The position numbers and the translations under genes are program-made. A model generated the notes under the pieces. It worked only from the letters and a program-made list of their open reading frames with translations. It did not search any database and was not told where the DNA came from. This document shows positions 8,476 to 17,154 of a DNA stretch of 31,494 bases, one piece after another (within the stretch, counting starts at the first letter, position 1; the number at the start of each line of letters is the position of its first letter). The stretch covers positions 1-31,494 of IMG/VR virus record IMGVR_UViG_3300042321_000182. One strand, given 5' to 3'. Origin of the DNA: a virus. Taxonomy: Duplodnaviria > Caudoviricetes.

Positions 8476-8712
8476 ATGCCTGAGCCAACGCCAGTTGGCG
8501 AGTGGAAGCCTGACTACGGCAAATCCTTCGGCGACTTGCGTGGCGAGCCAAGCCATAGTTGTATCTGTGGTTGTGAAGTATTAAATGTTAAATGTATTTT
8601 TATTGATTATGAAATAGCGGTATGGTTTACTGATGCTGAGTGTGCAAATTGTGGCACAAAATTAACAGCGCCTACCCCTGCTGATAAGGAACCAACAAGT
8701 GGCGATTTATGA
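8476..8712 (+). CDS. Small Cys-rich (Zn-ribbon-like) protein
   Basis: H.CICG...AECANCG.KLTAPTP; RBS TAAGGA upstream. Confidence 0.7.
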   Translation: MPEPTPVGEWKPDYGKSFGDLRGEPSHSCICGCEVLNVKCIFIDYEIAVWFTDAECANCGTKLTAPTPADKEPTSGDL

Positions 8713-8878
8713 ATTTAAATGTGAACAATGTGGCATCCAGTATGAAACAGAATTTTCTATACATAATGAAGTTAGCGCACCTAACTGTTGCGGGCAGCAG
8801 ATGAGTAGGGTATGGTCTGTCCCATCAGTTAAGTTTAACGCTAGCGGTTTTTACTCAACTGATAATCGGACAAGTTAA
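8699..8878 (+). CDS. FmdB-family zinc-ribbon protein (59 aa, not in ORF track)
   Basis: GTG start after TAAGGA; MAIYEFKCEQCG...PNCCGQQMSRVWSVPSVKFNASGFYSTDN matches the YE..CxxCG ... F.GSGFY.TD signature. Confidence 0.8.
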   Translation: MAIYEFKCEQCGIQYETEFSIHNEVSAPNCCGQQMSRVWSVPSVKFNASGFYSTDNRTS

Positions 8879-8884
8879 TAAAAC

Positions 8885-8948
8885 AAAAAAAGCCCCGCAA
8901 TCACAGCGTACACAGGGGAAGTGTACGAAGTGAAAGCGGGGCTTTCTT
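8885..8948 (-). terminator. Long three-segment hairpin terminator ending the structural/lysis operon (possibly bidirectional)
   Basis: AAAGCCCCGC/GCGGGGCTTT, TCAC/GTGA and CGTACAC/GTGTACG stems; A7 run at 8885-8891 gives a U-tract on the - strand. Confidence 0.8.
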
Positions 8949-8965
8949 ATGTTTAAACGATTAGA

Positions 8966-9154
8966 TTACTCTGCGCCTCTGCCGAAATTTGTGTCGGATG
9001 AGTCAAGCGCTTTTAGCAATGGTCCTGCTACACCTGTTAGTGCTGCTAAGCCCAATGTTTTTAGGTCAGTAGTTCCTGCTAGATACAGGGCGAGAACAGC
9101 AGCAACCGCTGCACGCGCATAACTGCCTAGTATTGCTGCTAACTTTTGGTTCAT
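8966..9154 (-). CDS. Putative holin / small membrane protein
   Basis: 62 aa with two hydrophobic segments (SYARAAVAAVLALYLAG; LGLAALTGVAGPLLKALD); directly follows the endolysin. Confidence 0.65.
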   Translation of the reverse strand: MNQKLAAILGSYARAAVAAVLALYLAGTTDLKTLGLAALTGVAGPLLKALDSSDTNFGRGAE

Positions 9155-9614
9155 TTATTACCACCTTCTTTTGGGGGACAACCGCAATGGTTGCTTTTAT
9201 TTGGTTTACTAACTTAGGTGCTGCCATCCATGGGAACCATGGGCGGACATCATCACCGTATCCATCATTGATGGAAATGTGCAAGTGTTTCGTGTGTGGA
9301 TTTGAGCCTGTGTACTTGCGGTCACCTAACTTGGCTTTCTCTTTAGACCAAATCTTTTTGTTAAAGATTAGGTATTTCACACGACTGTCTGTTTTTAGTT
9401 TTTGAAAAATCTCTGCACAATCAATCCCATTATCAGGGTCATGTGTTAAGTCAACAGCGTAACCAGTATTGTGGTCGCTAGTTGGGCTTTGCTTTATGTG
9501 AGCAGCAGAAGGAAGTAATCCATCAGATAACTTTTTGCGCTTTGGTGCAATAGCAGTTGCTTGGCGCAATACTGCAAGTGCTGCTGGTGTTGCTTTCTTT
9601 GCTAGTTTATTCAC
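9066..9614 (-). CDS. Endolysin, Zn-peptidase (M15/LAS-like)
   Basis: SDHNTGYAVDL (H-x6-D) and HTKHLHIS (HxH) metal ligands; position in the lysis cassette. Confidence 0.75.
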   Translation of the reverse strand: MNKLAKKATPAALAVLRQATAIAPKRKKLSDGLLPSAAHIKQSPTSDHNTGYAVDLTHDPDNGIDCAEIFQKLKTDSRVKYLIFNKKIWSKEKAKLGDRKYTGSNPHTKHLHISINDGYGDDVRPWFPWMAAPKLVNQIKATIAVVPQKKVVINEPKVSSNTRQLCACSGCCCSRPVSSRNY

Positions 9615-9877
9615 TTGATTTCCTCATCTTTTTTTCTTGATTTTAAACCATTAGCGCTAACAATTCCTGCTAATGTACCTGTTAAAAATACACACAATGT
9701 ACTAACTAAATCAATAAACGCAGCATCATTAGGCGCTTGTTTCATAGGTTGAGTAACAAACACAAGTGCATAAAGTAAAGAAAATACAGAGCCAGCAAAT
9801 ACAATGGCTAAAATAATTCCAATACTTACTATGAGTCTTGCGTGCAGTTCCTCAGGGGTTAGTCGTGGTCGTGGCAT
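9611..9877 (-). CDS. Two-TM membrane protein of the lysis cassette
   Basis: Start taken at MPRPRL (9877, GAGG RBS); two hydrophobic helices and a charged C-terminus. Confidence 0.7.
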   Translation of the reverse strand: MPRPRLTPEELHARLIVSIGIILAIVFAGSVFSLLYALVFVTQPMKQAPNDAAFIDLVSTLCVFLTGTLAGIVSANGLKSRKKDEEIK

Positions 9878-10055
9878 CTGTAAATACCTCAGGGGGTAGT
9901 AGGTCTTTAGTGCATGTTCCGGTTGCTTCACATTGTGGGGGGTTACACTCAGGTTTTTCCCAATTTTCAAATTGTTGGCACGGGTATCTTATTGTGCCAT
10001 CATAAGCACAACTACTAAGAGTTAGTGCGGTTAACAAGCAAAGAATAAATTTCAT
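9852..10055 (-). CDS. Small Cys-rich lipoprotein
   Basis: MKFILCLLTALTLSS-C signal peptide with lipobox; four further Cys in the mature part. Confidence 0.65.
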   Translation of the reverse strand: MKFILCLLTALTLSSCAYDGTIRYPCQQFENWEKPECNPPQCEATGTCTKDLLPPEVFTDATTTTNP

Positions 10056-10218
10056 CAACTCGTCTTTCAACTCTGTTTAAACGGTCAGACACACTTGTTC
10101 CCCCGTTTGGTTTAAGTTCACTTAGATAATGTTTGACCAAAAATCTAATAGCAGCAGTAAAGCCAACTAGAAGGGTCATTACAGATACGGCTAGTGCAGC
10201 CCAGTTTGCAGGGGTCAT
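10015..10218 (-). CDS. Single-TM membrane protein with coiled coil
   Basis: N-terminal TM, then ELKPNGGTS..DRLNRVE motif typical of actinophage lysis-region membrane proteins. Confidence 0.7.
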   Translation of the reverse strand: MTPANWAALAVSVMTLLVGFTAAIRFLVKHYLSELKPNGGTSVSDRLNRVERRVDEIYSLLVNRTNS

Positions 10219-10230
10219 TTGTTCTATTCC

Positions 10231-12207
10231 TTAGACGACAGTTCTCGCAACGACTTGAACGATACCGCCAAAGCCTGAGAAGTTACGGTTGGGTGGAGTT
10301 GAGCGAATAAAAGTTATTTGCTCTATCACCGCTTCAATAGGCTCTCCGCCTGCGGTGAAATCTTGGATGACGACTGTTTCGCCAACACCTTCAACTGCTT
10401 CAAGTGCGCTTAATCGCGTTCTTGCATAGCCTTCGTAACCCAATAGGTTACCAAGTTTGTCGGTTTCTCTATCAAAACAAAATAAAGGAATTTGAATAAC
10501 GCGAGCGCGGGTAGGAGTAGGAAGCGCTTTAGCAGAATAACCATAAATAACAGCGCCAGTAGTGGCATCAGAACTGTTGCGAGAAAGGGTGAAACGGAAA
10601 GAAGCATCAGGCGAAACATCCGGGAATACAACCGCAAGGTCATAATCGTACTGTTCGGTTGTGCCTTGTGCAACAGTAGTGAGCGCATCAGCAGCAGTTT
10701 CTGTAACTCTTGCAATTTGTATGTCCCCTTGCAATGTATCAGGTGTACGCAAACGAAGTCGCTTCCACGCTTTATTTTCTAATGTATCAAAACGAATTAG
10801 TCCAGTAGTAAATGTTCCTGACTCAACTAAGTCAGTAGAGTGTTCAATCCAAAGACCTGAGCCTTCAACGGTAAATGCTTTGCGACCATTATCAAATGTT
10901 GCAACAGAGTGGATGTGTCCAGTTACGCTAGTTGCAACCAAGTCTGTTGCGTAGGCATAACCATTATTAGCCAATGGCGCACCAAGATTGATACGAATTA
11001 AACCTGATTGTCCACCAACACCTGCGTTTACACCAGCCCAAACAAATGAGTTACGAGCAGTAAATGCATAGACACCACCAGTTGCTTCAAAGACAAGTGG
11101 ACCGTAAGAAACATTGCCATCAGTATCAACAACAGCCACACGCACACCACGGCTTGTTCCAAGCATTACATAAGAACCTAGATAGCCATACATTTGTAGT
11201 AACTGTTCGCTCTTTGGTAAAAGGAGTACACGAACCATTGTAGATAATGCACCACTATTATCTACTGTAACTTTAAAAGCCATGCCTTCATCACCCGAAT
11301 AACCACCAATGTAGAAAGCATTAGATGACTCAGTTACAGCGGTAAAAGTAAATCCCGAAGGTAATGTTGTTGAACCATTGATAGCAGTTAAAGTGCTAAA
11401 GTTAATTGATGAACCTGTGTTTCTTGCAAGTGCATAAGATTGTGTTGTACCGCTAGTAGTAGAATAAGCAATAACAAAACGACTTTTAACATAGTTAATT
11501 GCAACTTTATCACTAGCAGCATCTGCTGAGTTAATAGCATAATCTTGATGTATCGCTGGACTGGCATCATCAAATGAATAACGCCATACTTTAGTAGGAG
11601 TAACAATCATAAGGTCGTTACCACCCATAGCAGCAGCCAAGATTTTTTCATTTATTGCTGTATTATTAACAAGCGTTGTTTCAGTACCAGTAGTAGAAGT
11701 TCTTAATACGCGAGATGTGGCAGATGCTGACTCTGCAACTTTAATAAGAAAGTCTGCGCCATTAACAGTTGTGGAAAAAACATAAGATTTGCCAGTTGCT
11801 GCTTCTGTAAGCGTGGCTTTCTTTAATAATTTAATTTGTCCAGTAGTCCAAGGGTCAATGCCTTCACCAGTCTTGTAACGGAACTTGGTTTGGTCAGGGT
11901 CGCCTTCAAGTGGTTCCTGATAGTTAATGCCTTGACCTAGATGCAAAGATGATTGCGACCTAATCCAGTAACCTGAACCAGCAAGTGACTGCTCACCGGG
12001 GTCACGCTCTTGGTCAACGCGCTGAGTACGAAACTCTGCGGTTTGTCGGCGGTAAGGTGTAGAGTCAGTTACGCCAAGAATAAAAGGCAAACCAGCAATA
12101 GCCACATCAAAAGCATTACCTGTAATCTCATAGTATTGAGATACGGAACCCGACAGGTCAATCTGTGGGCGTTCGGTAATGTGGGGCGCACGGCTTGTTA
12201 TTGCCAT
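10231..12207 (-). CDS. Tail protein (tail tubular protein B / nozzle-like, beta-rich)
   Basis: 658 aa, beta-propeller-like repeats, position at the end of the tail module; assignment by size and synteny. Confidence 0.55.
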   Translation of the reverse strand: MAITSRAPHITERPQIDLSGSVSQYYEITGNAFDVAIAGLPFILGVTDSTPYRRQTAEFRTQRVDQERDPGEQSLAGSGYWIRSQSSLHLGQGINYQEPLEGDPDQTKFRYKTGEGIDPWTTGQIKLLKKATLTEAATGKSYVFSTTVNGADFLIKVAESASATSRVLRTSTTGTETTLVNNTAINEKILAAAMGGNDLMIVTPTKVWRYSFDDASPAIHQDYAINSADAASDKVAINYVKSRFVIAYSTTSGTTQSYALARNTGSSINFSTLTAINGSTTLPSGFTFTAVTESSNAFYIGGYSGDEGMAFKVTVDNSGALSTMVRVLLLPKSEQLLQMYGYLGSYVMLGTSRGVRVAVVDTDGNVSYGPLVFEATGGVYAFTARNSFVWAGVNAGVGGQSGLIRINLGAPLANNGYAYATDLVATSVTGHIHSVATFDNGRKAFTVEGSGLWIEHSTDLVESGTFTTGLIRFDTLENKAWKRLRLRTPDTLQGDIQIARVTETAADALTTVAQGTTEQYDYDLAVVFPDVSPDASFRFTLSRNSSDATTGAVIYGYSAKALPTPTRARVIQIPLFCFDRETDKLGNLLGYEGYARTRLSALEAVEGVGETVVIQDFTAGGEPIEAVIEQITFIRSTPPNRNFSGFGGIVQVVARTVV

Positions 12208-12220
12208 TTAAACACTTCCT

Positions 12221-12328
12221 TTACTGGGGTTCGCCTTCGCAACAATTTGCTTTGGTCTTACAAAAAGGGCATAGCCATCTAGTGGCAACAGGAGAAAATT
12301 CCTTGCCACAGTTTAAACAATCAATCAA
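12221..12328 (-). CDS. 35-aa Zn-ribbon microprotein (not in ORF track)
   Basis: TTG overlaps the upstream TGA; MIDCLNCGKEFSPVATRWLCPFCKTKANCCEGEPQ has two CxxC; exactly fills the gap. Confidence 0.55.
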   Translation of the reverse strand: MIDCLNCGKEFSPVATRWLCPFCKTKANCCEGEPQ

Positions 12329-12672
12329 TTACTAATTACTTCAATCCAAGATGTTGTTGCTTCATCCCAGTTGTAACGCTTGCCGTCAGTAGGTGCAGCA
12401 ACTGGTGGCTCCCATAGGTATGACTCTGTGTTAAGACTCCATGATGCGTATGGCTGTGGGGCTGCAAAGCCTGTGCCATCCCATGTATATCCAATACCTG
12501 CATAGTTTTTGTTTAATGGCGTACCACCTAGAGTGTGAACTCCACCGATTGTGTTGTATGAAGTCTTAATCCAAGTGCCTGTGTAGCGGTCAGGGTTTGC
12601 TTGCAAGAAATCATCCTCAACTACATTAACTTGAGTAACAATTCCATTTTCTACTTTAGCCCAATGTGCCAT
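12325..12672 (-). CDS. Conserved aquatic-phage tail-associated protein
   Basis: MAHWA...WIKTSYN...NYAGIGYTWD...P.PY.SW.L....W.PP...P....Y.WDE motif, usually found next to Gly-rich fibre genes. Confidence 0.7.
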   Translation of the reverse strand: MAHWAKVENGIVTQVNVVEDDFLQANPDRYTGTWIKTSYNTIGGVHTLGGTPLNKNYAGIGYTWDGTGFAAPQPYASWSLNTESYLWEPPVAAPTDGKRYNWDEATTSWIEVISN

Positions 12673-12872
12673 TATTTTTTATCCTTATCTTCGCCGTAAA
12701 GCGTTACTGTGTTTACCAACTTAACATCACGCTTAGTGACAATGCCGCCTTTTTCATCTAGTTGCGATTTAGCGGTTGCCTCATCATCTGCAATGATGTG
12801 TACCAACATAGTTACTTCGTATGAAAAGCATTGAGTTGGTTTTGTTTCTTTAATCTTAGTTACATTTGACAT
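12672..12872 (-). CDS. Hypothetical protein (66 aa)
   Basis: Strong AAGGGG RBS; TAATG coupling to the next gene. Confidence 0.65.
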   Translation of the reverse strand: MSNVTKIKETKPTQCFSYEVTMLVHIIADDEATAKSQLDEKGGIVTKRDVKLVNTVTLYGEDKDKK

Positions 12873-12881
12873 ATATTCCCC

Positions 12882-14627
12882 TTATGCTAGATAACGAACG
12901 ATAACTATACCTGAACCACCAGTACCACCGCTTCCAGAAGTAGCATTGCCTTGACCACCACCACCACCGCCACGATTTATAGTGCCATTATTTGCAGTAC
13001 CAGTACTAACTCCAGCACCTCCGCCGCCAGCACCGCCAGCACCATTTGTGCCTGAGGAAGTACCACCACCACCGCCACCTGCGTAAGTTACAGATGAACC
13101 TGAAATACTTGAGGCAGTTCCTGCACCACCTGCACCGCCATTACCGCTAGAGCCACCATTTGTAGTTGCGTTTGCACCAGCAGCACTTGCACCACCACCA
13201 CCACCGCCACCGCGTTCGTTTGGCGCATTAACTACCGCACCTTGTCCGCCTGCGTTACCTTGTCCAGATGTGCCAGCAGCACCGGGGTGACTGTTGTTAT
13301 ACGCCCAGCCTCCACCGCCACCACCTGAACCTCCAGTAGTAGCAGTAGATGTAACCGTATCGCCTTGCCCTCCACCGCCACCACCAGTAGCGGTTAAAGT
13401 AAAGGCTGTGGAGTTTGTACCTTGTGTTCCAGGAACAGTAGTTGAAGTACCTACTGAACCTGCTCCACCGCCCCCTACGGTAATTGTGTATGAAGTGCCA
13501 CTAGTAACAGAGGTAGTTCCTGAAAGCAATCCACCTGCTCCACCACCACCACCTGCATAGCGTGAACCTCCTCCACCACCACCTGCAACAATTAAGTATT
13601 CAGCACTTAAGTTTGCACTAGGAGCAAATGTTCCGTCAGAATTAAATGTGTGAACCCAATATCCACCACTAAGACTAATTGTTCCGCCAGTTGCTTTAGC
13701 AAGGGCAGTAATAAATGTTCCGTCAGAGTTAAATGTATGAATTGTATTTCCGCCTGATGTGGTTACAGTTCCACCAGTTGCTTTTTGAACTGTGCCTGAG
13801 TAACGGGCTATAACAATTCCTGAACCGCCTGCGGAACTTGTATAACTATTATTATTTCCACCGCCACCACCGCCTCTATTAGCAGTTCCAGCAGTTGAGT
13901 TATTAGCATTTCCTGTGCCGCCATTTCCAGCGTTAGTTCCGCCTGTGCCACCAGTTCCACCATTGAAAGATGAACCGCCACCACCGCCTGAATAAGTTAC
14001 AGATGAACCTGAAATTGAATTAGCCGTTCCAGCACCACCAGCACCGCCAGTTGATGATGTTCCGTTGCCACCTACTCCTCCAGCACCGCCACCACCGCCT
14101 GTACCGTAATTAGAAGCAGTACCAACACCAACACCACCATTATTACCTTGTGAAGGTGATGTTGAAGGAGTGTTACCTGCTCCACCAGTTCCTGCTGTGC
14201 TAGTTGTAAAGTTAAAAGCACCACCACCGCCTGAACCACCAGCGACACCATTTTCTCCGCCTACTGGGTAACCAAAACCAGTTCCTCCAATAGAAGCACC
14301 ACCGCCACCACCTGTTGATGTAATTGTACTAAAAATGGAATCTACTCCTGAGCCACCTTTGTTGATGCTTGACTGTCCTGCGCCACCAGCGCCAACTTGA
14401 ACTGTATAAGAAGTATTCAAAGAAAGTGTAAGTGGAGTCCCACCTATTGAAGTTCTAAAACCGCCACCACCGCCACCACCACCGCCTGACGAACCATTAC
14501 CTGTTGTTCCACCACCAGCGCCACCAGCAACAACAAGATAGTCAACAACCAATTCTGCTGGTGCAAAAGTTCTCATACCGCCCAAACCTCTAGCGGAAGC
14601 ACCTGCTAATGAACCTATAATTGGCAT
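12882..14627 (-). CDS. Glycine-rich tail fibre/adhesin with two tandem Gly-rich domains
   Basis: Two units each YL(V/I)VAGG...GGSGIVI.RY, joined by a duplicated KATGGT...HTFNSDGTF linker. Confidence 0.75.
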   Translation of the reverse strand: MPIIGSLAGASARGLGGMRTFAPAELVVDYLVVAGGAGGGTTGNGSSGGGGGGGGGFRTSIGGTPLTLSLNTSYTVQVGAGGAGQSSINKGGSGVDSIFSTITSTGGGGGASIGGTGFGYPVGGENGVAGGSGGGGAFNFTTSTAGTGGAGNTPSTSPSQGNNGGVGVGTASNYGTGGGGGAGGVGGNGTSSTGGAGGAGTANSISGSSVTYSGGGGGSSFNGGTGGTGGTNAGNGGTGNANNSTAGTANRGGGGGGNNNSYTSSAGGSGIVIARYSGTVQKATGGTVTTSGGNTIHTFNSDGTFITALAKATGGTISLSGGYWVHTFNSDGTFAPSANLSAEYLIVAGGGGGGSRYAGGGGGAGGLLSGTTSVTSGTSYTITVGGGGAGSVGTSTTVPGTQGTNSTAFTLTATGGGGGGQGDTVTSTATTGGSGGGGGGWAYNNSHPGAAGTSGQGNAGGQGAVVNAPNERGGGGGGGASAAGANATTNGGSSGNGGAGGAGTASSISGSSVTYAGGGGGGTSSGTNGAGGAGGGGAGVSTGTANNGTINRGGGGGGQGNATSGSGGTGGSGIVIVRYLA

Positions 14628-14642
14628 TATTAAATCTCCTTA

Positions 14643-15203
14643 TTAAGCAAACTTAGTTTGTGTTTCAAGAACTGTAAATGTTGCTGATGCTGTTTTAATA
14701 ATTGTAAATGAATACGCATCAATGGATGAAGCATTACCTGCGGTAATTGCAGCAGGAACTTTTGGAGTTACTGTGCTTCCATCAATTTGAATAACATTTG
14801 GATAATAAGCAGTTGCACCATTGGTATTGAGCCATACTACGGTGATAGCATCACCAACTGCTAAAGCAGTATTAAGTGATACTGTGCTACTGTATCTAAT
14901 GTTAAGTGTATGATTAGCAGTTGCGTTTGATGTGTAGTACCAAATAGAAGCAGTACCTACTTCAAGGTTAATTGTTCCTGTTGCAGCAGAAGCAACAACA
15001 TTTACATTTTCCTCTAGTCCTTTAACTGCTGTATCAGCAAGTGTTCCACCCGCTGCTCTAGCAAGTGGCACTCCACCTGCGGTTGAACCGTCATGTACTA
15101 CTACGGTCTTTTTGTCTGTATCAACTGTTAGTTCAGCGAGCAATCCTGTGAAAGAAGCATGCTGTGCAGTCGTACCTCTACGGCGTTGAAATGCAAATGG
15201 CAT
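14643..15203 (-). CDS. Tail fibre protein with Mtd_N/hyaluronidase-N-like attachment domain
   Basis: Start MPFAFQRRRGTTAQH..FTG...ELTVDTDK..VVVHDG.TAGG.PLA; ATG at 15203 coupled to the upstream TAA. Confidence 0.7.
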   Translation of the reverse strand: MPFAFQRRRGTTAQHASFTGLLAELTVDTDKKTVVVHDGSTAGGVPLARAAGGTLADTAVKGLEENVNVVASAATGTINLEVGTASIWYYTSNATANHTLNIRYSSTVSLNTALAVGDAITVVWLNTNGATAYYPNVIQIDGSTVTPKVPAAITAGNASSIDAYSFTIIKTASATFTVLETQTKFA

Positions 15204-17146
15204 TAGATTGTTCCCCAATCTGATAGTGATGCCCAAGAAGCGGTAGTTCCGTTATTGGTTAAAAAGTACCCACTAACTCCTGATGTTATTGCGGGTATGT
15301 ATCCGGCAGCAAGTGTGGCGCTGGATGCAGCAGCAGTTGCCGAAGCAGCAGCACTTGTTGCGCTGGTAGCAGCAGCCGTGGCTGATGCAGCAGCAGATGT
15401 TGCAGATGTAGCAGCAGCCGTAGCAGAAGCAGCAGCGCTTGTCGCGCTAGTTGCTGCTGCGGTAGCAGATGCTGATGCGCTAGTTGCGGAAGTAACAGCA
15501 GCCTGAGCATGATACTTGGCTGAGAACTCCCCACCAGCGACTGGACCAGTTGTTAATGTAGCCCAATCATTTGCAAGAGTTGCACTAGCAGCAGAACTTG
15601 TAGCACTTGTGGCAGCAGCGGATGCTGATGCAGCAGCGCTTGTAGCACTTGTTGCTGCGCTTGTTGCGCTTGTTGCAGCAGCGCTAGATGATGCCTGTGC
15701 GCTTGATGCTGATGTGGCTGCTGCGGTAGCACTAGCAGCAGCGGATGTTGCGCTAGTTGCAGCAGCGGTAGCACTTGCTTCTGCGCTTGTAGCGCTAGTT
15801 GCAGCGTTTGTAGCAGATGTAGCAGCAGCGCTTTGGCTTGCAGATGCGGATGATGCGCTAGTCGCAGCAGCAGCAGCAACAGTTGCAATGTTAATGTAGG
15901 TAGTAGAAGTGGTATCGGCTTCATCAATTCCACCCATGTCGCGGACAAGACCTGAACCCGTAACACCTGTAATAGCACTAAATGAAGCAGCAGCGCTAGA
16001 TGCGGATGTGGCAGCGGATGTGGCTGATGTTGCAGCAGCGCTGGCACTAATTGCAGCAGCAGTAGCAGATGCACCAGCAGATGTTGCCATGGTATCAATG
16101 TAATTTTTAGTAGCAGCATCTTGTGCAGATGTTGGGTCACCAAGACCAGTAATTTTATTTGTACTCATTGCAATAGCACCAGTCATAGTGCCACCACTTA
16201 GCGATAGTTTTGCTGCTAAAGCATTAGTTATTGTTGTTGCATAGTTAGGGTCATCACCTAAGGCAGCAGCAAGTTCATTAAGAGTATCTAGTGTTCCCGG
16301 TGCTGAGTCAACAAGGTTTGCAACTTGTGTATCTACATAACCTTTAGTTGCAGCATCTGATGTAGCAGAAGGTGTAGCCAAACCTGATACAGTAAATCCA
16401 CCAGCAGCAAGGGCAGAACCTAAAGTATTGCTTGTTAAAATTTTGTTTTCTAATGTTTGTGAAGCATCAAGAATTGCAACAGTACCAGTCACATTTGGAA
16501 GCGTAATAATACGGTCAGCGGTTGGGTCAACTACGGTAAGTCTTGTTTCATTACCATCAGCAGTTGAGCCTTCAAAATAAATGCCATCACCATCAACAGT
16601 TGGGCTTGTTAAAAGTTTATTGGTAAGTGTTTCAGAACCAGCAAGAGTAGCAACACCAGTAAATGTATTATTGGTTGTGCTTAATGTTTTATTGCTAAGG
16701 GTTTGAGCCTTTGCAGTACCTACTACCGAACCATCACCTGTACCAAGACCGTGAACATGTGTTTCAATGTTAGTCATAATGCCTGAGTCGGCATCAAAAC
16801 CACGGGCTGCAATGTGGGTTTGTAATTCACGGAACTCGCGGGCAGATACTGCATGGCGAACTGTTGCGCCTGCTGAGTGGGCTACTGCCTGTGTATTATC
16901 TTGACCACGAACAACTTGTAGAGTTGTGCCAGTACCAGCGGTGACTGTGACTACTTCCTCTTTGTTTGTATCAGGGTTAACGAGAAGTGTGTAAGGGAAA
17001 CTTGCAGCAAAACCGCTTGTTGATGCGACAACAAAAGATGTGTAAGTATCTCCTTGTGATGCCGAAGGAATAGCAGCAGTAATTGTTGTTTCTACTGCTG
17101 TTGCTGAATAGTACCGTTTTGGTGAGCCTGCATCTCCTGCTGCCAT
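15203..17146 (-). CDS. Tail fibre protein with Ala/Ser/Thr heptad repeats
   Basis: QTLSNKTL repeats, DAATK.Y.D motifs, VDSAPGTLDTLNELAAALGDDPNYATT fibre motif, long SA.AAAT repeats. Confidence 0.8.
   Translation of the reverse strand: MAAGDAGSPKRYYSATAVETTITAAIPSASQGDTYTSFVVASTSGFAASFPYTLLVNPDTNKEEVVTVTAGTGTTLQVVRGQDNTQAVAHSAGATVRHAVSAREFRELQTHIAARGFDADSGIMTNIETHVHGLGTGDGSVVGTAKAQTLSNKTLSTTNNTFTGVATLAGSETLTNKLLTSPTVDGDGIYFEGSTADGNETRLTVVDPTADRIITLPNVTGTVAILDASQTLENKILTSNTLGSALAAGGFTVSGLATPSATSDAATKGYVDTQVANLVDSAPGTLDTLNELAAALGDDPNYATTITNALAAKLSLSGGTMTGAIAMSTNKITGLGDPTSAQDAATKNYIDTMATSAGASATAAAISASAAATSATSAATSASSAAASFSAITGVTGSGLVRDMGGIDEADTTSTTYINIATVAAAAATSASSASASQSAAATSATNAATSATSAEASATAAATSATSAAASATAAATSASSAQASSSAAATSATSAATSATSAAASASAAATSATSSAASATLANDWATLTTGPVAGGEFSAKYHAQAAVTSATSASASATAAATSATSAAASATAAATSATSAAASATAAATSATSAAASATAAASSATLAAGYIPAITSGVSGYFLTNNGTTASWASLSDWGTI
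15320..16100 (-). repeat. Degenerate coding tandem repeat (SATAAAT/SATSAAA, 21-nt period)
   Basis: Three blocks of 7-aa repeats inside the fibre gene. Confidence 0.85.
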
Positions 17147-17154
17147 TTATTTAC

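Noticed and set aside
12882-15203. Diversity-generating retroelement suggested by the Mtd_N-like domain and repeats
   Set aside because: No reverse transcriptase and no TR/VR pair differing at adenines seen in the window
13294-16143. Long + strand and alternative-frame ORFs in the fibre genes
   Set aside because: Shadow ORFs caused by stop-poor Gly/Ala/Thr repeat codons; no RBS or motif
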